IMG/VR virus record: IMGVR_UViG_3300022752_002570
Span: 17,862 to 81,861 of that record
DNA from: a virus
DNA: 64,000 nt
Reading direction: 5' to 3' (one strand)
In this document: in pieces, positions 31,002-39,613 of the stretch
How positions within the stretch are numbered: position 1 is the stretch's first letter
How the letters are laid out: each line of letters starts with the position of its first letter
The notes under the pieces: generated by a model
Databases searched by the model: none
The model's input: the letters and a program-made list of their open reading frames with translations, nothing else
What the model was told of the DNA's origin: nothing
Program-made: the position numbers and the translations under genes

Positions 31002-31026
31002 TAAATATTGATTATTCCGGAATAAT
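31002..31026 (+). promoter_or_regulatory. Late promoter TAAATA plus perfect 16-bp palindrome ATTATTCCGGAATAAT
   Basis: TAAATA 31002-07; palindrome 31011-26 ends 2 nt before ATG 31029. Confidence 0.55.
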
Positions 31027-31028
31027 TT

Positions 31029-32339
31029 ATGCGATTACATCAAGCACTAGGTCAACAGACTATCTTTGAAAGTATAGGAGGAACTGATCCCTACTTCAAA
31101 ACATGGCAACGAGACATACATCCCGTATTATGTGAAGTTGCTCTAAACCCTGATCAGATAAATCAATTATTCAAATCTATAGAGAAGGGTGGAGGAAGAT
31201 CTCTTCTAGGTAAAGCCAAAGATGCTATAAGTGGTGCTACAAATAAAATTAGTGATGTATGGTTTAATAAGTTTGGAGGAATGTTGCAGAGCAGTGGACC
31301 TGTTCAAGCATTTGATCAAAAATTTGAAGAAATTAAATCCAGTATTGCAGCGAAGAATCCTAAATTGGCCGCAAAGTTAGCCAAATATGGAGAGTTTGCT
31401 AAGAACAATCCTAAATTACATAAGTTTTTATTAGCCATTGGAGGATCTGTAGCCGCTGCTGTAGGTGTTACTGTTGCGGGTGGAGTAGGCGCAGGTGCTC
31501 TAGCAGTGGGCACAGGTGCCGGTGTTGCTACTGGTATCATTAACATTGCTGATCGTTTATTACAAGGGCAAAAAGCATCAACTGCTATTGGACGTGGAGC
31601 CACTACAGGACTAGTAACAGGAATAACTGCTGCTGCCGCTACTAAAATTCTTAGTGGTGTGGCCAACAGTTTTAAGGCAGAATATGTTAATACAGTTCGA
31701 GGTGAGCGATTAATGAACGGAACATTTGACATCAATGGTCAGTGGACTTTTGTTACTGGCAGACCGGAAGATGTTAGGGCTCTCGGACAAGCCATGGATG
31801 CAGAAAACTATCAGTTATTCTACAGTCTTGTAGAAAAAATGAGGTCACCTGAATATGTAAAAGGTTTAGAAGCATCTCAAGAAATTATAAAACAGGCCAC
31901 TCAAAACTATCAATCCACGGCAGGTGTAATTAAAACTCTAGCACAGGCTGCAACAGCAGCCGCAGGTGGTGCAGCCAGTGCGGCTACAAATCAACAACCT
32001 AAAGAAAGTTTATCAGAAAATAAAATTTATGAATTATTTGGCATAACCGGTAACAAGATAGATGCTAGTAAATTAGAAAAGGCATGGAAGAAGGCAGGAA
32101 GTCCTACGGACAGTGATGAGATTGCGAAAATCTTACAGGGTGCTGGTGTGGATCCTACAATTATTTCACAGGCATTTAAGGAAATAGGAGCACCTACACC
32201 TCAAGGCCGTGTAGAACCAACACTAGGAACAGACACCAATACAACAGCCCAGCCAATAAATACAAAAGATATTGTAGCCAGGATAAAAAAATTACCTCCT
32301 GATCAACAAAAAATCTTAATACAACTATTAAAAGCATAG
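31029..32339 (+). CDS. Putative internal virion/ejection protein with Gly/Ala hydrophobic segments
   Basis: Late promoter; I/L-x-E motifs (IFES, LSEN, IYEL); long hydrophobic stretch FLLAIGGSVAAAVGVTVAGGVGAGALAVG. Confidence 0.5.
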   Translation: MRLHQALGQQTIFESIGGTDPYFKTWQRDIHPVLCEVALNPDQINQLFKSIEKGGGRSLLGKAKDAISGATNKISDVWFNKFGGMLQSSGPVQAFDQKFEEIKSSIAAKNPKLAAKLAKYGEFAKNNPKLHKFLLAIGGSVAAAVGVTVAGGVGAGALAVGTGAGVATGIINIADRLLQGQKASTAIGRGATTGLVTGITAAAATKILSGVANSFKAEYVNTVRGERLMNGTFDINGQWTFVTGRPEDVRALGQAMDAENYQLFYSLVEKMRSPEYVKGLEASQEIIKQATQNYQSTAGVIKTLAQAATAAAGGAASAATNQQPKESLSENKIYELFGITGNKIDASKLEKAWKKAGSPTDSDEIAKILQGAGVDPTIISQAFKEIGAPTPQGRVEPTLGTDTNTTAQPINTKDIVARIKKLPPDQQKILIQLLKA

Positions 32340-32347
32340 GAACTACA

Positions 32348-33325
32348 ATGAGAATACATGAAGTTATTGTTTTAGACCCGCAGATAAATGAAATTAGCGC
32401 CTTTGGTGCAGGATCAGGAATAGGCAAAGTTGCGGGAAACGTTGTAGGAGGTGTAAAAGATTTTTGGGCAGGCGCTAAACAGGGCTATAAAGATGCAAGA
32501 GCGGGATTTGTAACAGGACAAGGAGCAGGCACTACTGCGGCAACAACTGGCACCAATACACCCCAAGCCTCTGCTTCTACGGCTGGAACTGCTGCTCCAA
32601 CATCTGGCGCAGCATCAGCACCTAGTGGACAGGCAGCGTCTGCTGCACCACAACAGGCACCTACACAACAGGCACCTGCACCTCAAACTACACCGGATGA
32701 ACTAGACGATTTAAAGGCAACTATTGCAAAACTAAATCCCGAGCAGAAACAAGAAATTGCCTCACAACTACAGCAACCTGAAATAGAACAACCGTCAGCG
32801 CCTGCGGCAGGTGCAAAAACAGAACCTTTTGTTGATCCACGCAGTGCAGCGGCAAGAGGTCAGAAAGATCAAGGATTTGGATTTAATAGAGACACTGGTG
32901 TGGCGTTTAAATCACAAGCAGAAAAAGATGCTTACAATGCATCTAATCAGCAAGATGATGATGATTTTGAACCTGATTGGAATTTTGGTAAAGATTCTAA
33001 TGCTCCGTCTCCTGGAACTGCGGTTAATATAGGACAGGTTAAACAGCAAAGCGCCCAACAAGCACAGGCAGCACAGGCAGATAAACAAACTGCCCAACAA
33101 CAGATAGCAGCCACACAGGCCGCTAACGCAGCCAAGGCTAAACAAGATGCTGCTATCAAGGCCGCTAAAGATGCTGCTATGGCCAAGCCTGCGTTTCAAC
33201 AGACTGCATCAGATAGGTTAGCAATCAAACAAGCCAAGGACAGAGGTATTAGAGAATCTAAAAAATCCAAGAAGAAAAAAGTCGTTGCAGAATTTAATAG
33301 TAAGTTTCTAGGAATAACAATTTAA
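32348..33325 (+). CDS. Putative internal head protein, Ala/Gln/Pro-rich
   Basis: MRIHEV...QINEI N-terminus and IRES near C-terminus fit gp21-type sites; low complexity; SD AGGA. Confidence 0.5.
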   Translation: MRIHEVIVLDPQINEISAFGAGSGIGKVAGNVVGGVKDFWAGAKQGYKDARAGFVTGQGAGTTAATTGTNTPQASASTAGTAAPTSGAASAPSGQAASAAPQQAPTQQAPAPQTTPDELDDLKATIAKLNPEQKQEIASQLQQPEIEQPSAPAAGAKTEPFVDPRSAAARGQKDQGFGFNRDTGVAFKSQAEKDAYNASNQQDDDDFEPDWNFGKDSNAPSPGTAVNIGQVKQQSAQQAQAAQADKQTAQQQIAATQAANAAKAKQDAAIKAAKDAAMAKPAFQQTASDRLAIKQAKDRGIRESKKSKKKKVVAEFNSKFLGITI

Positions 33326-33558
33326 AAGAACGGCAAACCAGTCTTTTGGGCAGTTTCTAAATTTTCCTCAATAATTTTACTAAGGATTTCTCTATCTTCC
33401 TGGGTAAGTTGGTATGCTTCATTTACAGTAATACTGCCTCGCATGTACCAACAAATTTTAAATAATTCTCGTTTTATGGCTTTTACATCTTGGTCATAAT
33501 GATCAACTAGTGTCTTTATTTCCTCAAGATCTAGATATAAAAGCCTTACACGAAAAAA
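33322..33558 (-). CDS. Unannotated -1-frame extension of the 33546-34412 gene (gp51-like / GT-type segment)
   Basis: Frame open from the slippery site to TAA at 33324-33322: FFRVRLLYLDLEEIKTLVDHYDQDVKAIKRELFKICWYMRGSITVNEAYQLTQEDREILSKIIEENLETAQKTGLPFF. First ATG is only 40 codons from the end. Confidence 0.7.
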   Translation of the reverse strand, partial: FFRVRLLYLDLEEIKTLVDHYDQDVKAIKRELFKICWYMRGSITVNEAYQLTQEDREILSKIIEENLETAQKTGLPFF

Positions 33559-34412
33559 GTTGAAGGATCAAAAACTAGAGGAATGGTTATTGTGTCTTGA
33601 GTATAACCTTGCATTTTGATATTTTCAGGAGTATCGATAGTTATAGGTTTAATTAGATTGTTATCTTTTAGTTTATCCAAATGATTCTGTATAATATTGA
33701 ACATGTCCTTGTCAATGTTATCAATAAATTCTCTTATGTGTACTATATTTTCTGTACTGCCCGTAGGTGAGTCTATTCTAAATACACTTTCTTTTACAAC
33801 ACCAATAGTGACATCAGTAAGTTTACTAAATGTCTTTTGAAACATTTCTAATTTTTGCTCTTGACTTAGGCTTTCATCATTGGCCAAATTAAGAATCTTT
33901 TGTGTTTCAAAACTTTTTATACTGCTATCACTAATCTGTTTATAGTTAAGCGGTTTCACATAGACTGTTAAATCATCATTTATTGGAATCACTGGATCCC
34001 AATCTATCGTTTGGTATAGATTGTCCATTACAAGACGTAGATCAACTTCATATTCTAAATTAATATCTCCGGGTAGATTCAACGGAGTACTCATCTTTTC
34101 ACCGTAGGTAGCAATTCTGATAGCAATTAGAATTGCATCAAGATCTATACTTGGCGTCATCCATGCATTTTTAATATTCGGCATACAATTTTGTATTGCA
34201 TCTACTACTGCTTGCCCGTTCATAATAGCGTCTGGAACTTTTAGCAAGAGTTCATCCTTAGCAGTCATAGAAAAAACAGGATATTCATTGTTTTCTGATT
34301 TTTCCAAACTACCTGGAGGCCAGTATTCTCCATTACTGGGTAACCTAATATAAATCTTTGGTTGCCTCATATAATTCATTAAAGGGTTTTGATTTTTTGG
34401 GGATGATATCAC
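33546..34412 (-). CDS. Baseplate hub assembly/tail chaperone, gp26-like
   Basis: YIRLPSNG, MTAKDELLL, DLDAILIAIRIATYGE motifs of T4-like gp26 proteins; GTG start; adjacent to the tape measure gene. Confidence 0.7.
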   Translation of the reverse strand: MISSPKNQNPLMNYMRQPKIYIRLPSNGEYWPPGSLEKSENNEYPVFSMTAKDELLLKVPDAIMNGQAVVDAIQNCMPNIKNAWMTPSIDLDAILIAIRIATYGEKMSTPLNLPGDINLEYEVDLRLVMDNLYQTIDWDPVIPINDDLTVYVKPLNYKQISDSSIKSFETQKILNLANDESLSQEQKLEMFQKTFSKLTDVTIGVVKESVFRIDSPTGSTENIVHIREFIDNIDKDMFNIIQNHLDKLKDNNLIKPITIDTPENIKMQGYTQDTITIPLVFDPSTFFV

Positions 34413-34426
34413 AGTTTTTACTCCGA

Positions 34427-34460
34427 TAAATAAAAGATCAATTTAAGTGAAGTATTTATA
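34427..34460. promoter_or_regulatory. Face-to-face late promoters
   Basis: TAAATA on + strand (34427-32) towards the tape measure gene; full T4 consensus TATAAATA on - strand (34460-53) towards the gp26-like gene. Confidence 0.65.
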
Positions 34461-34485
34461 TACCAATATTATTGCATGAAAACTA

Positions 34486-36768
34486 ATGGCTGACGTAACA
34501 GGATCAATAGGTAATCAACCGGTAGAACTTAACAATGCTGCTACTGAAGCAACGTTACGGCAACTTCTTGCGGCGGTTCAAGGTAGAGGCGGTGCCGCTA
34601 ATGTTGCAGGACTGGCAGGACAAACTCTTAATCCACAAACTGTAACACAGGTCAATAATTCGCTATCCACTATGCATCGAGTGGGTACAAGTGTTGGACA
34701 GGGATTTGGTACACTTGTTAACGCACTGGCAGCGAATAAAGAAGGACTACAAAATTTTATATCCAAGATAAATCAGGGCACAGCACAGTCTAGTGATTTA
34801 TTTGGCGCATTTACAAAACTTCCAGGTCCTGCAGGAGCAGTAGCCAGAGGTTTTCAATTACTGGCACAATATCAAGAAAAGAATTTCGAAGCATACCAAA
34901 AGACAACAGCAGCAGGTGTCAGTTTTGGAGGAAGTTTAACTGACCTGCGTGTAGCGGCTGCACAGGCCAGTATGACTCTAGATAGTTTTGCCAGTCTTAT
35001 AAAAGAAAACAATAAAACATTTTTACTGTTAGGCGGCAGTGTAAACGAAGGTGCTAAGAACTTTGTCATGTTTAGCCAAAGCCTTACACAAGGACAAACT
35101 GGTAGAGAACTTCGTGCTCTAGGATTTACAACAGAACAAATTAACAGCGGCTTTGCTGCTATGTTAGCATCACAAGGGGGCTTGAGTAGGCAAGAGCAAG
35201 CAAACATGGGAATAGTAACTGCGGGAGCAAAACAGTTATTCATGCAAATGGATGCTCTAGCACAGTTGACCGGAGAACAGAGAGAAGAACAAGAACGCAT
35301 CATGAAGGAGCGTGCTGCTAATGAAGCCATACAGAATTATCTATCAACACTAGGAGTAGAAGAACGCAACAAGGCAGAAGCAGCACTTAATGAAGCACGA
35401 ATGAGAGGCGGTAAAGGTGCGGAAGAAGCATTGGCCAGTAAATTAATGGGAATCCCTCCCCTAACAGATCGTGCTCAACAATTTGAAACAGTGATACAAG
35501 GTGGCAGTCAGGCATTAGGTAATCTGGCCAAGGATGTTAATGATTCAAGTAAGACTGTTCAGGACATACAAAAAACAGGAGCACAGGTAACAAGATCTCT
35601 TGCAGAATCAGGCAGAGACAACAAAGAATTGTTTAGAGCGATGATTATGGGCAATGATGCTCAGTTTAGAGAAACTGCTGGCGCCGCTTTACGTGCTGAC
35701 ACACAGGCAAGAAAACAAGGTATAGAAAATCTAAACGACGAAGAACAAAGATTAGCAGCAACTAAAGAAGATCAAGATAAGAGAATGAGAGAAAGCCAAG
35801 CGAAGTCTATGGCAGATGCTAAAGCAGGACTTGATGAACTTACTCTTGCATTCCAACAGATGCTGGCACCTATTGTAGGTGCCCTAACCCCTGTGCTAAA
35901 ATTAGTAGTAGATGTTTTATCAGCAGTTCTAGTGCCAACCTTTACCAAAGTAGGGGAAGTAAGTAAAGGCCTCCTTGACAGTTTTCAAGGCGTAAAGGAA
36001 AAGTTAGGAGACAATGCCACAGGAGTAGTAGGGGGATTGGCTGCTGCTGGAGTAGGTGCTTATCTTCTTAGTAGGAAAATGGGAGGTAGAGGTACACCTG
36101 GATCTGGCGGAGCACCTGGAGGTGGTGGTGGCGTAGCCGGTGTGCTAGGAGGTATAATGGGCAGTGGTATGGGAGCACCTGGCTCTAGTCCTGCTAATCC
36201 TTTATTTGTTTCTATCGTGCCAGGAGATGTGAGTTCGATTCTTGCAGGTATGATGGGTGGAGGTGGTCCTAGTTTACCGTCGTCGGGTGGAGGCGGAGGT
36301 GGTGGCAAATTTAAATTAGGTAAACTTGGCGGATTAGGATTGGGCATGGTTGGTGGAATGGCAGGAGACCTTGCAGCAGATTACTTTGGTAGAGATTCAA
36401 CCGCAGGTAAAACCGCAGACATGCTAGGAACCGCAGCCAGTTTTGCAGGTATGGGAGCAATGTTAGGACCATTAGGTGCCGCACTAGGTGGGGTTGCGGG
36501 ACTAGGTTATGGAGCCTATAAAAACTTCTTTGCTGACAAGCCGCCTGAAATGGCAGCAGGTGGAGTTATCACAAGACCTACAGCTGTTATGGCAGGGGAA
36601 GCAGGTAAAGAAGCAATTATTCCGCTGTCTGATGAAAATGCTCTTCCAGGTATCAATGAGTTAAATAAGACTATGAACGAAATTCTCCGTTATATGAAGG
36701 ATACTGCTGAAAATACTAAGAAAAATGCAGAAGCCACTCAGGCTCTTAGCGGTGACTTATTTGCTTAA
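34486..36768 (+). CDS. Tail tape measure-like protein
   Basis: Ala/Gln-rich helical body, Gly-rich hydrophobic segments and C-terminal MAAGGVITRPT...GEAGKEAIIPL motif common in tape measure proteins. Confidence 0.7.
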   Translation: MADVTGSIGNQPVELNNAATEATLRQLLAAVQGRGGAANVAGLAGQTLNPQTVTQVNNSLSTMHRVGTSVGQGFGTLVNALAANKEGLQNFISKINQGTAQSSDLFGAFTKLPGPAGAVARGFQLLAQYQEKNFEAYQKTTAAGVSFGGSLTDLRVAAAQASMTLDSFASLIKENNKTFLLLGGSVNEGAKNFVMFSQSLTQGQTGRELRALGFTTEQINSGFAAMLASQGGLSRQEQANMGIVTAGAKQLFMQMDALAQLTGEQREEQERIMKERAANEAIQNYLSTLGVEERNKAEAALNEARMRGGKGAEEALASKLMGIPPLTDRAQQFETVIQGGSQALGNLAKDVNDSSKTVQDIQKTGAQVTRSLAESGRDNKELFRAMIMGNDAQFRETAGAALRADTQARKQGIENLNDEEQRLAATKEDQDKRMRESQAKSMADAKAGLDELTLAFQQMLAPIVGALTPVLKLVVDVLSAVLVPTFTKVGEVSKGLLDSFQGVKEKLGDNATGVVGGLAAAGVGAYLLSRKMGGRGTPGSGGAPGGGGGVAGVLGGIMGSGMGAPGSSPANPLFVSIVPGDVSSILAGMMGGGGPSLPSSGGGGGGGKFKLGKLGGLGLGMVGGMAGDLAADYFGRDSTAGKTADMLGTAASFAGMGAMLGPLGAALGGVAGLGYGAYKNFFADKPPEMAAGGVITRPTAVMAGEAGKEAIIPLSDENALPGINELNKTMNEILRYMKDTAENTKKNAEATQALSGDLFA

Positions 36769-36783
36769 AGGATCTATTTTTTA

Positions 36784-38502
36784 ATGTCTTGGAAAAAATA
36801 TTTTACTCCAGTTAATACATCTGGAGCACTAAGTCCTATCAGTGGAGCGTTAACAGCAGATTCCAGGGCAAATCCTACTCACAGAAATTATTCAAGTTAT
36901 CTTCCAGATGTATATTCAGGACATCCAAACCGTCTAGAACGTTATGGACAATATGATACAATGGACAGCGACAGCGAAGTTAACGCTGCACTAGATATTT
37001 TAGCAGAGTTTTGTACACAACAAAACGAAGAAAACGGTACACCGTTCCGTGTATTTTTTAAAGAACAGGCTACATCAACAGAAGTAAAAATTATTAGACA
37101 GTTGATGCAGCAATGGTGTAAACTAAACAAGTTTAATATTCGCATACATAAAATTGTTCGTAATGCATTTAAGTATGGCGATGTATTTTTTGTAAGAGAC
37201 CCTGAACTACAGTCTTGGATGTATGTTGATCCTGCTAAAGTTGATAGAATTATTGTAAATGAATCTGAAGGTAAGAAACCCGAACAGTATCACATAAGAG
37301 ACTTTAATCCAAATTTAGAATCTCTTGCTACAACTCAAATTAACCCTAGTAATGTAGCAGGTGGTGGCAGTCAATATGCCAGTGGATATGCAGGTAACAA
37401 TGCAGGCGTTGGAATGAGTCGAGGTATGACAGGTTCCTATCCTACAAATTTAACAGCGACAAGATTTCAAAAGACAGAAAACCAATGGGCTATTGATGCC
37501 AAGCATGTTATACATATTAGTATGAGTGAAGGATTAGATAACAATTATCCTTTCGGTACAAGTTTACTAGAAAGTATCTTCAAGGTTTATAAGCAAAAAG
37601 AACTACTAGAAGATGCTATTATCATTTATCGTATTCAACGTGCTCCTGAACGCCGTGTTTTTTACATTGATGTAGGTAATATGCCAAGCCACTTGGCAAT
37701 GAGTTTTGTAGAACGTGTTAAAAATGAAGTAAATCAAAGAAGAATTCCCAGTGTCACTGGCGGGAGCCAGAGCGTAATAGACGCAGGATATAATCCCTTA
37801 TCTATTAATGAAGATTATTTTTTCCCACAGACAGCGGAAGGCAGAGGAAGTAAGGTAGAAGTTTTACCAGGCGGAACTAATTTAGGAGAAATTGATGACC
37901 TTAAGTACTTTACTAATAAACTTTTTCGTGCTCTACGTATCCCTAGTAGCTATCTACCTACTGGTCCCGACGACGGAGGAAGTAATTTTAATGATGGAAG
38001 GGTCGGAACCGCTTATATTCAGGAACTTAGATTTAATAAATATTGTGAAAGACTACAATCATTAATGAATGAGCAATTTGATAATGAGTTTAAGGCCTAT
38101 TTGCATAATAAAGGCATTAATGTTGATTCTACAATATTTGAAATAAAATTTAATCCACCTCAAAACTTTGCCAGTTATAGACAGGCTGAAATGGATGGTG
38201 TTAGAATGAATGTGTTTTCTAATATCAGTCAAGTACCTTTCTTGTCTAAGCGATTTGCCCTAAAGAGATTTTTAGGATTAACCGCAGAGGAAATGGCAGA
38301 AAATGAAAAGTTATGGAGAGAAGAAAATATAGACGATGATGTAGATCTAACTGCTAATGCAGAACTTAGGGGAGCAGGTATTACATCAGCAGGAATGAAT
38401 GCTGACATGAGTGCAATTGGTAGTGCAACCACGCCGCCGGCACCTCAACCTGGAGCGGAACCTGCTGCTACTGCACCTCCAGGATCTCCACCACCTGCAT
38501 AA
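36784..38502 (+). CDS. gp20: Portal protein
   Basis: LLEDAIIIYRIQRAPERRVFYIDVGNMP, EDYFFP...GRGSKVEVLPGGTNLGEIDDLKYF and ELRFNKYCERLQ are T4 gp20 motifs. Confidence 0.95.
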   Translation: MSWKKYFTPVNTSGALSPISGALTADSRANPTHRNYSSYLPDVYSGHPNRLERYGQYDTMDSDSEVNAALDILAEFCTQQNEENGTPFRVFFKEQATSTEVKIIRQLMQQWCKLNKFNIRIHKIVRNAFKYGDVFFVRDPELQSWMYVDPAKVDRIIVNESEGKKPEQYHIRDFNPNLESLATTQINPSNVAGGGSQYASGYAGNNAGVGMSRGMTGSYPTNLTATRFQKTENQWAIDAKHVIHISMSEGLDNNYPFGTSLLESIFKVYKQKELLEDAIIIYRIQRAPERRVFYIDVGNMPSHLAMSFVERVKNEVNQRRIPSVTGGSQSVIDAGYNPLSINEDYFFPQTAEGRGSKVEVLPGGTNLGEIDDLKYFTNKLFRALRIPSSYLPTGPDDGGSNFNDGRVGTAYIQELRFNKYCERLQSLMNEQFDNEFKAYLHNKGINVDSTIFEIKFNPPQNFASYRQAEMDGVRMNVFSNISQVPFLSKRFALKRFLGLTAEEMAENEKLWREENIDDDVDLTANAELRGAGITSAGMNADMSAIGSATTPPAPQPGAEPAATAPPGSPPPA

Positions 38503-38510
38503 ATATTTCT

Positions 38511-38759
38511 ATGTTACTTAAAGAATTTATATATTTTGATCGTAAGCATCTTGAAATGAAAGATGATCAACGTTATGATTCTGACAGAGATGTTGGGGTT
38601 ATGTATCCTGACGATGTTAGAAAGCATAGTAGATTAACCTTAGGAATGATCAATAATGTTCGTAAGGCCACAGAGGCTCGTATGAAAGAGCGTAAAGAAG
38701 ATTTAGCATTAGTTAGAAAAATGTATGCCGCTCCTCCTCCTGAAGCAGCACCTACCTAA
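38511..38759 (+). CDS. Small putative prohead protein (82 aa)
   Basis: Directly after the portal gene; TAAATA (38500-05) overlaps the portal stop; begins MLLKEF (L-x-E). Confidence 0.6.
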   Translation: MLLKEFIYFDRKHLEMKDDQRYDSDRDVGVMYPDDVRKHSRLTLGMINNVRKATEARMKERKEDLALVRKMYAAPPPEAAPT

Positions 38760-39388
38760 GGTTTGTAGACAGCGTAAGAGCTAAATTTACCATCTTCTGG
38801 ATCTACTAAATCTGATTTCCTTAGAAAAGTTTCGTAATCTGTTCTATCTTTAAAAAATTCATCTACTGCTTTTCGAGCGCCCAGACATCCTGCTCCGCTA
38901 TAGTCGTCAAATATTAAAATGGCGCCAGGGACTAGTTTATCCTGAACCCAATTCAATATAAGTTTATAACTTTCATAAACATCTACATCTATATGTACAA
39001 GAGAGATCATAGATGTAGATACTTGCTCACTAGTTTCTAAAGGAAAAATCCCTTCAATTAAATTAAATTTTGTAATTTGATTACTAACCAGCAAATTGTA
39101 AACATGTTCTTTTGAAGTATTTGAAAAATCACCATCTTTATGATGATTGTCGTTAGGACCTGCAAGTACAATACCCTTAAAAGTATCGCATAGATAGACA
39201 TTAGATTCTGGTTTATATATTTTTGATGCACCTGCAATTACTAAAGATGAGCCACCTCTCCAGCAACCTATTTCTATAATATCTCCTTTAGGACAACTTT
39301 CTACAGCATTCCATAAAAAGTCTAATTTCCAAGGAGGGATTACTGTATTTCCGTTACTTGCAATCTGAATGGCTAAATTTTTATCCAT
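38756..39388 (-). CDS. TylF/MycF-family SAM-dependent O-methyltransferase
   Basis: GDIIEIGCWRGGS, YLCDTFKG, LVHIDVDVYES, GAILIFDDY...GARKAVDEFF motifs. Confidence 0.85.
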   Translation of the reverse strand: MDKNLAIQIASNGNTVIPPWKLDFLWNAVESCPKGDIIEIGCWRGGSSLVIAGASKIYKPESNVYLCDTFKGIVLAGPNDNHHKDGDFSNTSKEHVYNLLVSNQITKFNLIEGIFPLETSEQVSTSMISLVHIDVDVYESYKLILNWVQDKLVPGAILIFDDYSGAGCLGARKAVDEFFKDRTDYETFLRKSDLVDPEDGKFSSYAVYKP

Positions 39389-39405
39389 AAACTATCCTTT
39401 TTTTT

Positions 39406-39435
39406 ATTATATATTATTATTAGTTTCATTGTCAA
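39406..39435 (-). promoter_or_regulatory. Consensus sigma70 promoter for the methyltransferase
   Basis: Minus strand TTGACA (39435-30), 18 nt, TATAAT (39411-06), then SD AAGGA and ATG 39388. Confidence 0.7.
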
Positions 39436-39563
39436 GCATTAAATAATCTAGTATTAACATTTCTTTAATCTATTTTCGTACTCAAATAGATTAAATTCAC
39501 ACACATTAGGTCATAAAACAGACCGTTTTTGGCCTATTTCGTACGCCTTTGAAAAAACCCAAT

Positions 39564-39569
39564 TAAATA
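39564..39569 (+). promoter_or_regulatory. Late promoter TAAATA for the head operon
   Basis: Hexamer upstream of SD AAGGAG and ATG 39614; a second copy at 39440-45. Confidence 0.55.
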
Positions 39570-39613
39570 ACACACATTGCCTTGCCGCGAACAGATTAAG
39601 GAGATAACCCGAC

